Shown here: one piece after another, positions 46,399 to 55,233 of the stretch
How the letters are laid out: each line of letters opens with the position of its first letter
Position numbering within the stretch: position 1 is the stretch's first letter
From: a virus
Lineage: Duplodnaviria > Caudoviricetes
DNA length: 64,000 bases
Virus record (IMG/VR): IMGVR_UViG_3300025316_001101
Direction: 5' to 3' (one strand)
Position numbers and translations under genes: made by a program
The notes under the pieces: generated by a model
The model's database searches: none
Told to the model about the DNA's origin: nothing
The model's input: only the letters and a program-made list of their open reading frames with translations

Positions 46399-46653
46399 GT
46401 GAAGAAGAAACAACTATTCAAAAAACTAGACGGAAAATGTTATTTTTGCCCTGAAACAGAAGCTCTTGATGCCCATCGAATTCTACCTGGGGCCGAAGGT
46501 GGCAAATACAAAAGGCACAATGTCTTAACGGTTTGCCCCACGCATCATCGTAAATTACACATGGGGAAGATCGAGGTTCTTGGACGACATTATTCCACCG
46601 CTGGGGTGTATGTTTTGCACTACTTAGAGGATGGCGAAGATAAGTGGGGCTAA
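46399..46653 (+). CDS. minimal HNH endonuclease
   Basis: CYFC, DAHRI-PG--GG-Y---N-LTVCPTHH--LH. Confidence 0.8.
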   Translation: MKKKQLFKKLDGKCYFCPETEALDAHRILPGAEGGKYKRHNVLTVCPTHHRKLHMGKIEVLGRHYSTAGVYVLHYLEDGEDKWG

Positions 46654-46862
46654 TTCATTGAGATGGCACCTTTAGAACATGCCTCTACACATGCACCACA
46701 ATCTGTACAATGATCGGCATTGAACACCACAAGCAATTCTCGTTTCAATGCTCCCGTTGGACAAGCCTCAACACATCCCTTGCAACATTTTCCGCCGCCA
46801 CAAGAACATGAAGTGCATGCCCCATTCTTCCAACAGCATTTATCATAATCGATTGTTATCAT
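46650..46862 (-). CDS. 4Fe-4S dicluster ferredoxin
   Basis: CxxCxxxCP and CxxCxxCxxxC motifs. Confidence 0.9.
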   Translation of the reverse strand: MITIDYDKCCWKNGACTSCSCGGGKCCKGCVEACPTGALKRELLVVFNADHCTDCGACVEACSKGAISMN

Positions 46863-46864
46863 CC

Positions 46865-47743
46865 TTATCCTCTTCCTGGTAAAAGCACATAATCTTTAGC
46901 ATAGCGTCCTTGTGGATTATTTCTGTCTACCACGGGTATCTTTCTGGCTAATTGACCGGTTAAAACAAAAGTACAATCCTCTTCTTTCAAGAAACGATAG
47001 ATTTGTTTCAAAGAAGTCCAATAACCCATTTGTCCTCCACCTCTCGAACAAACTCCAATTAATTCCCCGTTTTCTGCAAACAAACCTCCTCCTGATCTAC
47101 CTCCCCGTGGGGCATTGTTTTGAGTAAGAATCTCGGTCACCCCTCCATTCATCTGTTCATGCACGCACGCTACCAAATAATGTGCGGTATCGCTCTTGTT
47201 ATCACAACCAGTGCTATGATACCAAGTGCCAGAGGTATATTGAAAATCTAATGGTGCAATGGGTGCGCACACTACACCCTTCCAATCCGGCTTAAATCTA
47301 ATTAAACTACAATCATATATCGAAGAACTGTCATCTCCCCACACGTGACACATCACCTCTCCCACGTATCGCTTGCCAGATTCTAATTTATATTGCCCTT
47401 TATAAAATACCTCTACATAAACTTGCTGTGGATTTTTGCGATAATATTCAATACTCCCCCGACCTCTGGAGAACAAATGCCCGCAAGATATAACATATGC
47501 ATAATTGTTCTGACTATCGTAATATACAATTGTGCCTGATCCGCTACGTACATTTGATACAAGCACAGTAGGGATTAACCACTTAGCTACAGACGGCCCT
47601 CGTTCCTCCCATCCTGCACCCGCTGATTGCCTATAACCATAAGGCAATTCTATTACAGGTTTTACTTCTTGAGCAATTGTTAAAGAAGAAAAGGAAAATA
47701 GCAGAGCTATACCAATAATAAGCGATTTTAGAAATGTTTGCAT
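46865..47743 (-). CDS. secreted trypsin-like serine protease
   Basis: Signal peptide; SCGH, YDCSLI, GGRSGGGL catalytic triad motifs. Confidence 0.85.
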   Translation of the reverse strand: MQTFLKSLIIGIALLFSFSSLTIAQEVKPVIELPYGYRQSAGAGWEERGPSVAKWLIPTVLVSNVRSGSGTIVYYDSQNNYAYVISCGHLFSRGRGSIEYYRKNPQQVYVEVFYKGQYKLESGKRYVGEVMCHVWGDDSSSIYDCSLIRFKPDWKGVVCAPIAPLDFQYTSGTWYHSTGCDNKSDTAHYLVACVHEQMNGGVTEILTQNNAPRGGRSGGGLFAENGELIGVCSRGGGQMGYWTSLKQIYRFLKEEDCTFVLTGQLARKIPVVDRNNPQGRYAKDYVLLPGRG

Positions 47744-47833
47744 TTATGCCTCTGATCGTAGAGGGATCTTAAATATCTAGGGATTGCGGATACATAAATG
47801 CAGACAGATTCCATAAATACTGTGGAGATTAAT

Positions 47834-48022
47834 ATGATCAAACGTAATATGTCAGATAAAATTATCGGTGGTGTTTGCTCTGGATTGGCAAAAGAAATAG
47901 GCGTTGATTCAACGTGGGTCAGATTGGCTTTTCTTTTTGCTTTTTTATGGGCGGGCGTTGGACCGCTAGTTTATCTTATAATGTGGTTATTAATGCCCCC
48001 TGATACCGAAACGAGGATATAA
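47834..48022 (+). CDS. pspC: PspC-domain membrane protein
   Basis: [23 protein letters not shown]; start ATG 47834 with GGAG SD; TAAATA at 47814-47819. Confidence 0.9.
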   Translation: MIKRNMSDKIIGGVCSGLAKEIGVDSTWVRLAFLFAFLWAGVGPLVYLIMWLLMPPDTETRI

Positions 48023-48025
48023 CAT

Positions 48026-49141
48026 ATGAAAAAGTTCCCTAAATTCTATGAATACCTAGACCAGAAAGGAAAGCTGGTAGAGAAGCCGAAAGAAGAGGAT
48101 GTGCCGGATTACCACGGAGCGACTGACGCCTCTCCTCCTAATCCTGTAACTAAGGGCAAAAAATGGGATGCTGAATATGCAGCACCTCTTAAAGATAGCC
48201 AAAAACCTTACAAAGCTCCTGGCAAAGACATGACTGCGCAGCAGAGTATGGGTAAAGATAATGAAGGTGGATTGCTTTCTCAAGGTGATAAACGATTGGT
48301 ATACAATCCAAGTCTGAAAGGCGGTACATCTAAAAACATCAATGGCGGAAAAGAAGTACATGGTTGGGACAAGAAAACCAAAACCGAACAATTCATTGAC
48401 AAGACCAAGAACATGTCTTTTCAAGAATTTACAGCTTACATAAAAAAACTAAATCGTTTAGATGAAGACGTAAGCGACATTCCAATGGTTACTGCCTATG
48501 CTCCTGGAAATTTTCATCCGCATCCAGTAGAAGCCATACAGTATATTGTAGCATTAGCTGCCAAGAATGATCGTATACTAGAGCAACTCATTCATGTCAT
48601 GAAAAAAGAAGGTGTGCTTGATAAGCTTATTAAAACCGTAATGGAACACCCTGAAGCCGCTGACGCACTAACTGGATTGTTAGGCGATGAACAGCATGGT
48701 CCAAGATTAAGCCGTTCTTTAGCTAGATCTATGCACAAGCAACATGCTGATTTCCTTGATAAACAAAAGGGCATGTATGAATCAGTAGCTCCACCATTTG
48801 GCGATGATGATGAAGATGAAAATTCACCAGAAGATGGTGAAGGAGAAGCTGGAGAATTAGATGATCAGCCCGGCGAAGGCGAAGAAGACGGCGGCGACGA
48901 AGGCCAAGAAGGTGATGAAAACCAAGAGGGCCAGCCAGATGATCAAGGTGGCGAAGAAGATCAAGAGGGCCAGCCAGATGATCAAGGTGGCGAAGAAGAC
49001 CAAGAGGGCCAACCAGATGATCAGCAACAACCTCCTCCGCAAGAAAAGCCAAGAAAACTAAAGAAGAAATTTGCACATCATAACATGTTAGATGCTCTAT
49101 CTAACTTTGAACATATGAGAGATGCAATGAGAGCATACTAA
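48026..49141 (+). CDS. acidic low-complexity protein (possible prohead core/scaffold)
   Basis: MKKFPKFYEYLD start; internal SFQEF motif; D/E/Q/G-rich C-terminal half. Confidence 0.7.
   Translation: MKKFPKFYEYLDQKGKLVEKPKEEDVPDYHGATDASPPNPVTKGKKWDAEYAAPLKDSQKPYKAPGKDMTAQQSMGKDNEGGLLSQGDKRLVYNPSLKGGTSKNINGGKEVHGWDKKTKTEQFIDKTKNMSFQEFTAYIKKLNRLDEDVSDIPMVTAYAPGNFHPHPVEAIQYIVALAAKNDRILEQLIHVMKKEGVLDKLIKTVMEHPEAADALTGLLGDEQHGPRLSRSLARSMHKQHADFLDKQKGMYESVAPPFGDDDEDENSPEDGEGEAGELDDQPGEGEEDGGDEGQEGDENQEGQPDDQGGEEDQEGQPDDQGGEEDQEGQPDDQQQPPPQEKPRKLKKKFAHHNMLDALSNFEHMRDAMRAY
48922..49023 (+). repeat. 39-bp coding tandem repeat (about 2.6 copies)
   Basis: caagagggccagccagatgatcaaggtggcgaagaaga unit encoding QEGQPDDQGGEED. 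Confidence 0.85.
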
Positions 49142-49152
49142 TAACGGAGAAC

Positions 49153-49184
49153 AAAAACGCCCGGCCATTGGCCGGGCGTTTTTT
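49153..49184. terminator. bidirectional terminator between convergent genes
   Basis: A5-cgcccggcc-att-ggccgggcg-T6. Confidence 0.85.
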
Positions 49185-49186
49185 AT

Positions 49187-49798
49187 TTACTGTGTCTTCA
49201 ATCTGTCATACATGTGTTCGGCATAGCCCACATCGGACAGTTTACGACTACTAAAGTCTCCTGTGTATTTTCTGGGCACAGCATGCAACAAATATCTCTG
49301 GATTAAATCTGGAATAAATAGAGGTTCCGCTTGTCCTTCTGGCATTTCGTGTTCGGCCTGTACAAAATAGCAACGACCATTTTCATCACGAAATAAATCT
49401 ATCTCCCACATATAATCAGTCCCATCTCTAGTGACATATAGAAAATGGCGGTCCTTAATCAAATGTTCGGTGGAAGTATCCCATAAATCCTTAAAATCTC
49501 TTTCTGGGATTTCTGCCTCTACTTCCACCGTTCGATCATTAAGCTTTTGTTTAAGCGTCAACGAGAAATGTTCAACGGCATGATAAACCCCACGGATGCG
49601 CACGCTTAAACTGGTATCTCCGTAAAGGTATGCTTGTTTAATAGGATCTGGTTCAGCCAGCAGTCGTTCCAACTCTGTGATCTGAACCTTTTTATCTTTT
49701 AGATCTTGCGCAAAACTAAGATCTAGAACGAATTTTAACTCATTTTCTGTTGGCATAATGTTCTTATTGTTCTTCCCAAGGGGCAATACTGTTATCAA
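49187..49798 (-). CDS. CYTH-domain protein
   Basis: ENELKF (ExExK), QAYL, RIR, LTLK, EVE, WEIDLF, EHE. Confidence 0.85.
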   Translation of the reverse strand: MITVLPLGKNNKNIMPTENELKFVLDLSFAQDLKDKKVQITELERLLAEPDPIKQAYLYGDTSLSVRIRGVYHAVEHFSLTLKQKLNDRTVEVEAEIPERDFKDLWDTSTEHLIKDRHFLYVTRDGTDYMWEIDLFRDENGRCYFVQAEHEMPEGQAEPLFIPDLIQRYLLHAVPRKYTGDFSSRKLSDVGYAEHMYDRLKTQ

Positions 49799-51188
49799 CT
49801 ATTTGTGCGGCTGGTTCAAACTCTGGCTCTTTAGGTTTTGGAGGATCATAATTTCCACTAAATCTTAGTCGAATTGATTTACCACCACGGGCAGGACTCA
49901 TAAACCGTGAAAACAACAAATCATGCAGGATTGGATTCACATCAGTAATTCCCAAAAGGTAATTGGTTAGTGCGCCCACTCCTGAACCACGACCAGGACC
50001 AACAGCTTCGGTCCCATCTGTACCGTACTTTTCGGCACAATATCTCCGAGCTTCATCAGTCATCATCTTTTCGATCAAGAAGTAGCTGGCAAATTCTTTA
50101 CTACAAATCAGACCTAGCTCTTCACGGATACGGTCCAAATACAATTGATTTGTGGGCAAACCACGCTTTTTGAATCCTTCCATCACATACTGCCGCAATT
50201 TATCATTAGCACAATCAATCACTGGCAATTTCAAGGAACGATCCAATTGTACGCCTTTTGCTTTTTCACAAATTCGTACTGTATTTCGTTTAGCCTCTTT
50301 GAACAGTTCGTAATCAATGACATCGCTATACTTCTCTTCCCACTTTTTATTGATCTCGTCCTCTGTTTTCATAAAGAGGTTCTGATCCTGCAACTCGAAA
50401 AGCTCTCCTGCTCGGCCCTCTGAAATCTGTTCCTGAATTTCCGCCAAAGTTTTGCCGGTCTGGATCATGAGCATGACCCGTTGCATAAAGCTATCTTCTT
50501 CTTTACAGTAATGGCAATCGTTTGTAAGAACGAGAGGAATGCCAAACTTCTTATGGGCTTCGACAAGAAATGCATTATAGGGCTTTTGTTTATCAAAGTC
50601 CAGCAGCATCATCTCCAAGTAAAAATGCTCGCCAAACATTTCATGGTACTTGCGTACCACGTCCATTGCTTCGTCTTTTTCCTTGGTGTCAAAAGTATAT
50701 CCAATTTCACAGTTGTAGCAACCACTGCAAAAAGTGATTCCTTCCTTATACTTCGTGAGTTGTTCGTAATTTACTCTAGGTTTATAATAAAATCCATGTA
50801 GCCATCCCCAAGAAGTAAGCTGCACCAAATTCTTGTACCCGACCTCATTATGAGCTATAGCAAGAAGGTGGCACGACTTTCGGAAGCGTTTTTTATCATC
50901 TTCGCCCATACCTTTAATGAACTCACCAGTCGATTGACCGATAGGTACATCTGGTTGCTGGGAATTGAGATATAATTCACATCCAAACAATGGAAATAGC
51001 CCATTATCTTCACAAGCTTGAATTTGGCGTGGGATGGCTCCCATCATGCCATGATCAGTTATGCAAAGATATTGCTGATTAGCGGCCTTAGAATACTCTG
51101 CATACTCTTCGACCATAGCATATCCATCAAGGACACTGAAATCAGTATGTCTATGAAGGTGCTCAAACCCCGTAATTTCATGCTGCAT
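49764..51188 (-). CDS. dnaE: DNA polymerase III alpha, N-terminal part (PHP + start of palm)
   Basis: HLHRHTDFSVLDG, ITDHG, GCELY, LTNDCHY, YFL, GPGRGSG, LGITDVNP, LLFSRFMSP-R, then terminates. Confidence 0.95.
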   Translation of the reverse strand: MQHEITGFEHLHRHTDFSVLDGYAMVEEYAEYSKAANQQYLCITDHGMMGAIPRQIQACEDNGLFPLFGCELYLNSQQPDVPIGQSTGEFIKGMGEDDKKRFRKSCHLLAIAHNEVGYKNLVQLTSWGWLHGFYYKPRVNYEQLTKYKEGITFCSGCYNCEIGYTFDTKEKDEAMDVVRKYHEMFGEHFYLEMMLLDFDKQKPYNAFLVEAHKKFGIPLVLTNDCHYCKEEDSFMQRVMLMIQTGKTLAEIQEQISEGRAGELFELQDQNLFMKTEDEINKKWEEKYSDVIDYELFKEAKRNTVRICEKAKGVQLDRSLKLPVIDCANDKLRQYVMEGFKKRGLPTNQLYLDRIREELGLICSKEFASYFLIEKMMTDEARRYCAEKYGTDGTEAVGPGRGSGVGALTNYLLGITDVNPILHDLLFSRFMSPARGGKSIRLRFSGNYDPPKPKEPEFEPAAQIVDNSIAPWEEQ

Positions 51189-51197
51189 TATTTCACC

Positions 51198-51422
51198 TTA
51201 TGATACTGGCTTGTCTTTCTTAGCCTTCTTGCCAAGATTTGCCTGCCAATCATCATAAAGTTTTTTGGCTTCTGCGTCTAGGGCAGCTACCTCTTGCTGA
51301 AATTTTGTATAAATTTCCTTGATCTCAGCAGCCTTCGCCTTTTTGATATCATGGATCTTTCTAATCTCATCAGCAAACCCTGCAAACTCATCAGTCAACA
51401 ATAGTTCGATTTCGCCTAACAT
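51198..51422 (-). CDS. small coiled-coil protein
   Basis: 74-aa helical ORF with GGAG SD. Confidence 0.65.
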   Translation of the reverse strand: MLGEIELLLTDEFAGFADEIRKIHDIKKAKAAEIKEIYTKFQQEVAALDAEAKKLYDDWQANLGKKAKKDKPVS

Positions 51423-51432
51423 TTTCTTTCTC

Positions 51433-52137
51433 CTATATGTTCGCTTTGTGTTTCCGACAAATCCGTATCTTGTCTAGATTTTCAAAGCCTTTTTCACCTA
51501 ATATACCATCGGCAAACCCGTAGTAAATTGCTTCATCAGGAGGTAGATACCAGTCACTTTTATCTCGAATTTTTCTATCCAAGAATCTGGAAATCTGCCC
51601 TTCCTTCCACTTTCGTTCTTTGAAGTATGGACCGATTATAGCTCGTCTGGCGAAAATTTGCAACATGCGTTTGCAAAGGCGTTCGTTGACATCAATCATT
51701 TGTTTAGCGGCAATTGAATTAGCATCAAAACTGATAGACCCATGATGGATCATGAAATCAGTATCCGGCATCAGAACCCGATTGTCAGCGGCTTGAAGTA
51801 CCACTCCACTCATTGAAGATGCAACAGTGTGAATCAACATCGTGACAGTAGATCTAGCAAACCGAATAGAATTAAAAATAGCCATACCATCATTCCATTC
51901 ACCACCGATGGTATGGCTATGCACTAAAATATTTGTATCTCGTTGACTATCAAGAACATGCATGTTCTTGACAAACCCTGAAGCCATTCTAAATTCAACT
52001 CCTGGCTCTGTTCCAACATCATCCATTGGAGCCGCACCATGCAAATACAATTCTCTGGAGTGGTAATTGATACCATAAGTGTGAATATCACTAATCAACT
52101 GTTCCAATTCTGACTTCTTACGCAATGAAGGGGCCAT
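51433..52137 (-). CDS. clpP: ClpP-family protease
   Basis: T-GG----GMAIFN-I, ASSM (catalytic Ser), FMIH, final D-YL---EAI-YGFAD-I. Confidence 0.88.
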   Translation of the reverse strand: MAPSLRKKSELEQLISDIHTYGINYHSRELYLHGAAPMDDVGTEPGVEFRMASGFVKNMHVLDSQRDTNILVHSHTIGGEWNDGMAIFNSIRFARSTVTMLIHTVASSMSGVVLQAADNRVLMPDTDFMIHHGSISFDANSIAAKQMIDVNERLCKRMLQIFARRAIIGPYFKERKWKEGQISRFLDRKIRDKSDWYLPPDEAIYYGFADGILGEKGFENLDKIRICRKHKANI

Positions 52138-52261
52138 GTTGATCTCCGTCGTAAATGATTACTGTGTAAATAGTTAGAGATTGACACCTCTGTTTAATTT
52201 GCACAATCACGACTCAAAAACACAACTCGTTACCCAGTCAAGACTTGGCGACAATTAATAA

Positions 52262-53869
52262 TTACTCTGGACCATACCCATCTTCGTATTTTTTACGAGG
52301 AATTACGTCAATGTCATCCTCATCCGGCCCATGACAATGGAATACTATTTCCTCCCCATCAGCCTTTTGAGTAGCCAAACATACGTCTCTACCCCACAAA
52401 ACATACAACGATTGCAGAGTAGCTGTAGTGTATGATGGATACAACATGCGGCCGTCGAACTCATGTTGTAAGAACAAATATCCCTTGCCCTTATGATTCG
52501 GATCGGTCAATCTGATGTTGGGCAATCCACCATTAGTATACATCTTTAACAACTTCTGCTTAATCCGTTTTGGATCTCTGTCTTCGATACGATACTCACC
52601 ATTAGGATATCTTTTCCAATCAAAGAATTCGTATTTATTACAAAATTCCGGCGTAAAGAACTCGCCCAGTGCAAGCATGTCACTATAGTAACGTCTTACA
52701 TCCAAAACCTTTTGGTGACCCAAACCCAACTTCTGATCCCAGTCCTCACGCTGCTTAATATCTTCACAAGCTTCCCATTCCGGCCCAAACTGACCTTTGT
52801 CCCATCGCTCTTCAATATCCAAGAACAAACAAAAGCCTAACTTGTAAGGATTGAGTGAATACTTGCCACCCAACACCCCCATCTTATGCTTGCAATATTC
52901 TATAATTCCACAATCTCCAGTCTTTTGTCCCAGACCTACCAATCCCCTTTTGGCAATGATGTTATAATCTACAAAACTAGCCCAACCCTCATTCAACATA
53001 TGGGTCATTCGCTGAGGAGCAAAATATACCGCCTCAGCATACAACATAGAAATAATATCAGCTTGCCACGGCTTAAAAGGAGCGTTGTCTCGTAAGAACC
53101 CCATAACGTCTTTCGTAGGATCACGAAAGACATCCATCTCTTCGGCCACTTCTTCCTCTCGCACTATTTGATTTTGTCTCTCCTTCCACTCCTTCGGATT
53201 TAGATAAGCATCCATGTACTCATGATCATCCTTTACAGGCAACCTATTGGGCTGATGATAGGTTCTAGTGTCTCTCACTATTGGATCTTTGATCTTTCTA
53301 ATATCCCATGCCTTCGTAGGATCAATCAACGTTTCTATTCTTAATACATGATCAATAAACTCTGTGACTTTTTCTTTGCCCCAACGAGCAATATAGCGAC
53401 GAATCCTAGTTCCATGATTAGCCAATTGGTTCATCATATTTTCGCTAGTCGGACTAAAAAATACATTGCTCTTAAAGAAATCATTATGCCCAATAGCGTG
53501 ACTGATAACCGTCACGTCATCTACTAGCGTATTAGAATCCAAGCAATAAATATAACAAGGATTAGTATTGATAACCATTTCGTATATTCTATGCTTTCCA
53601 TGTTCGTATCCCTTCTGTAATTCTCCATATTCCATTCCCCATTTCCAGTGCGGAAATCTTACAGGAAATCCTCCATAAGACGCTACTTCACTAATTTCAT
53701 CATATGTCAACTTTTGAACAACAATAGGATAAAAATCTAAATTAAAATCATGACACTCTTGAATAATCTTTGGTATTAATACTGATAAATCCTCTGGTAG
53801 CTTTAACCCAGGAACCGTATTATCTCCAATCAAAAGAGGCGTACCTCGCATGAACTTATTCGTCGCCAT
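52262..53869 (-). CDS. spoVR: SpoVR-family protein
   Basis: GFP-RFPHW-WG-EY, IYEMVINTNPC, HA-GHNDFFK-N, NEGWAS, NPY-LG. Confidence 0.95.
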   Translation of the reverse strand: MATNKFMRGTPLLIGDNTVPGLKLPEDLSVLIPKIIQECHDFNLDFYPIVVQKLTYDEISEVASYGGFPVRFPHWKWGMEYGELQKGYEHGKHRIYEMVINTNPCYIYCLDSNTLVDDVTVISHAIGHNDFFKSNVFFSPTSENMMNQLANHGTRIRRYIARWGKEKVTEFIDHVLRIETLIDPTKAWDIRKIKDPIVRDTRTYHQPNRLPVKDDHEYMDAYLNPKEWKERQNQIVREEEVAEEMDVFRDPTKDVMGFLRDNAPFKPWQADIISMLYAEAVYFAPQRMTHMLNEGWASFVDYNIIAKRGLVGLGQKTGDCGIIEYCKHKMGVLGGKYSLNPYKLGFCLFLDIEERWDKGQFGPEWEACEDIKQREDWDQKLGLGHQKVLDVRRYYSDMLALGEFFTPEFCNKYEFFDWKRYPNGEYRIEDRDPKRIKQKLLKMYTNGGLPNIRLTDPNHKGKGYLFLQHEFDGRMLYPSYTTATLQSLYVLWGRDVCLATQKADGEEIVFHCHGPDEDDIDVIPRKKYEDGYGPE

Positions 53870-55104
53870 TATCTTTTAGCTCCTGTCTTGCTTTTCTTTT
53901 TAGTGTTTTCTGCCACGCCTAGCAAATCTACAATCGCTCGCTTAATCTGCTTGTTTCTTTCTTCTTCCCCTAATTGAGGTGTATACCAACCCCAACCACC
54001 ACTATCAGGATCTTTACGATCTGGCTCGGCAATGCCAGTAGTTCTCACATTGGGCAAATGCCCAATGTTTTCATCTACATAATGTTGTAGACTTCCATCA
54101 TATGAATATGACAACACCTGCGTAATGCCAACGAAATTTGCAATTTCTGGCGGGAACTGTTTCTTGATTATATCACAAAACTTAGCATTATCTCCATCGT
54201 AGTTTTCTCCATCTGTAAAGTAAAATACATATACATTCCACTTTTCTGGAGGAAATCTATTTTCTAATTGTTTAGCAATTAGCTGTAATGCCGAAGAACA
54301 AGTTGTTCCGCCTCCATACCGATGACGATAGAATTTATTCTGATCCACTTCAGAAGCGATAGTGTCATGCCAAACATACATTTCTTCCACACGCTTATAA
54401 AATTTTCTAAGCCAAATGTCAATCCACCATGCCATATCACTTACAATGTCACATTTATATTGGTCCATACTTCCCGAGCCGTCTCTAGCAAAGAACACCA
54501 CTGCATTAGAAGCTGGTATCTTTATTTCACGATACTGACGGTATCTACGATCACTGTTGATCGGCGTGATCAATCTAATAGGATCTGCGAACCCTGGAAT
54601 CTTGTGAAGATTCATAATCTCTCCACTGGCACACATTCGTTTAAGAGCCTGCAACATAGTCCGTCTATTATGTCGTAATGATTCCGGTCCCTGCATAGAA
54701 ATGTCATTGTACTTAATCTTAATCTCTTCATAGGTTTGATTAGGCTTCGGTTTAAGATCGGGAAGTTTAAGTTCTTCTTGCAAGAACTTGAGAACTTCTT
54801 CCAAATCCACATCAATATCAATTCCATCACCTTCTTCCTGCCCCGCTCCTCTGCCCTGTCCTTTATCAGGATCTTTACCAACAACGTCACCCTTCTTTCC
54901 AGGACCACGACCAATACCCTGCCCTTCCTTGCCAAATACGAAATGTGGTATGTTTATTCGAGGGATGGTGATTCTAACTTTGTCGCCCTTACCCCTAGTT
55001 CTAAATATCGATCCATCTTCAATGAACTTTTTTAACGCCTTACGCCGTCTACCAGCGTAAATGTCCATGAAATCTTGATAATCTTCTTCGACCCTTCGAG
55101 GCAT
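53869..55104 (-). CDS. yeaH: DUF444 YeaH/YhbH vWA protein
   Basis: Gly-rich linker, RYRQY, RDGSGSM, GGT-CSS, WNVY-F--TDGEN; start ATG 55104. Confidence 0.92.
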   Translation of the reverse strand: MPRRVEEDYQDFMDIYAGRRRKALKKFIEDGSIFRTRGKGDKVRITIPRINIPHFVFGKEGQGIGRGPGKKGDVVGKDPDKGQGRGAGQEEGDGIDIDVDLEEVLKFLQEELKLPDLKPKPNQTYEEIKIKYNDISMQGPESLRHNRRTMLQALKRMCASGEIMNLHKIPGFADPIRLITPINSDRRYRQYREIKIPASNAVVFFARDGSGSMDQYKCDIVSDMAWWIDIWLRKFYKRVEEMYVWHDTIASEVDQNKFYRHRYGGGTTCSSALQLIAKQLENRFPPEKWNVYVFYFTDGENYDGDNAKFCDIIKKQFPPEIANFVGITQVLSYSYDGSLQHYVDENIGHLPNVRTTGIAEPDRKDPDSGGWGWYTPQLGEEERNKQIKRAIVDLLGVAENTKKKSKTGAKR

Positions 55105-55233
55105 GTTGTTTCTCCTTTTGTATATTTTATTATAGCTGCAATGTTCAGATTTACCAAACCCATTAATGAAAAAGGCTCGCCGGTACTTGTACCGGCGAGC
55201 CACAACCCAACCCATCCCAACAACAACTATCTA

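Noticed and set aside
36497-51188. Split intein or group I intron joining the DnaE halves
   Set aside because: No Cys/Ser-initiated intein N part, no His-Asn C part, and no non-coding room next to either half.
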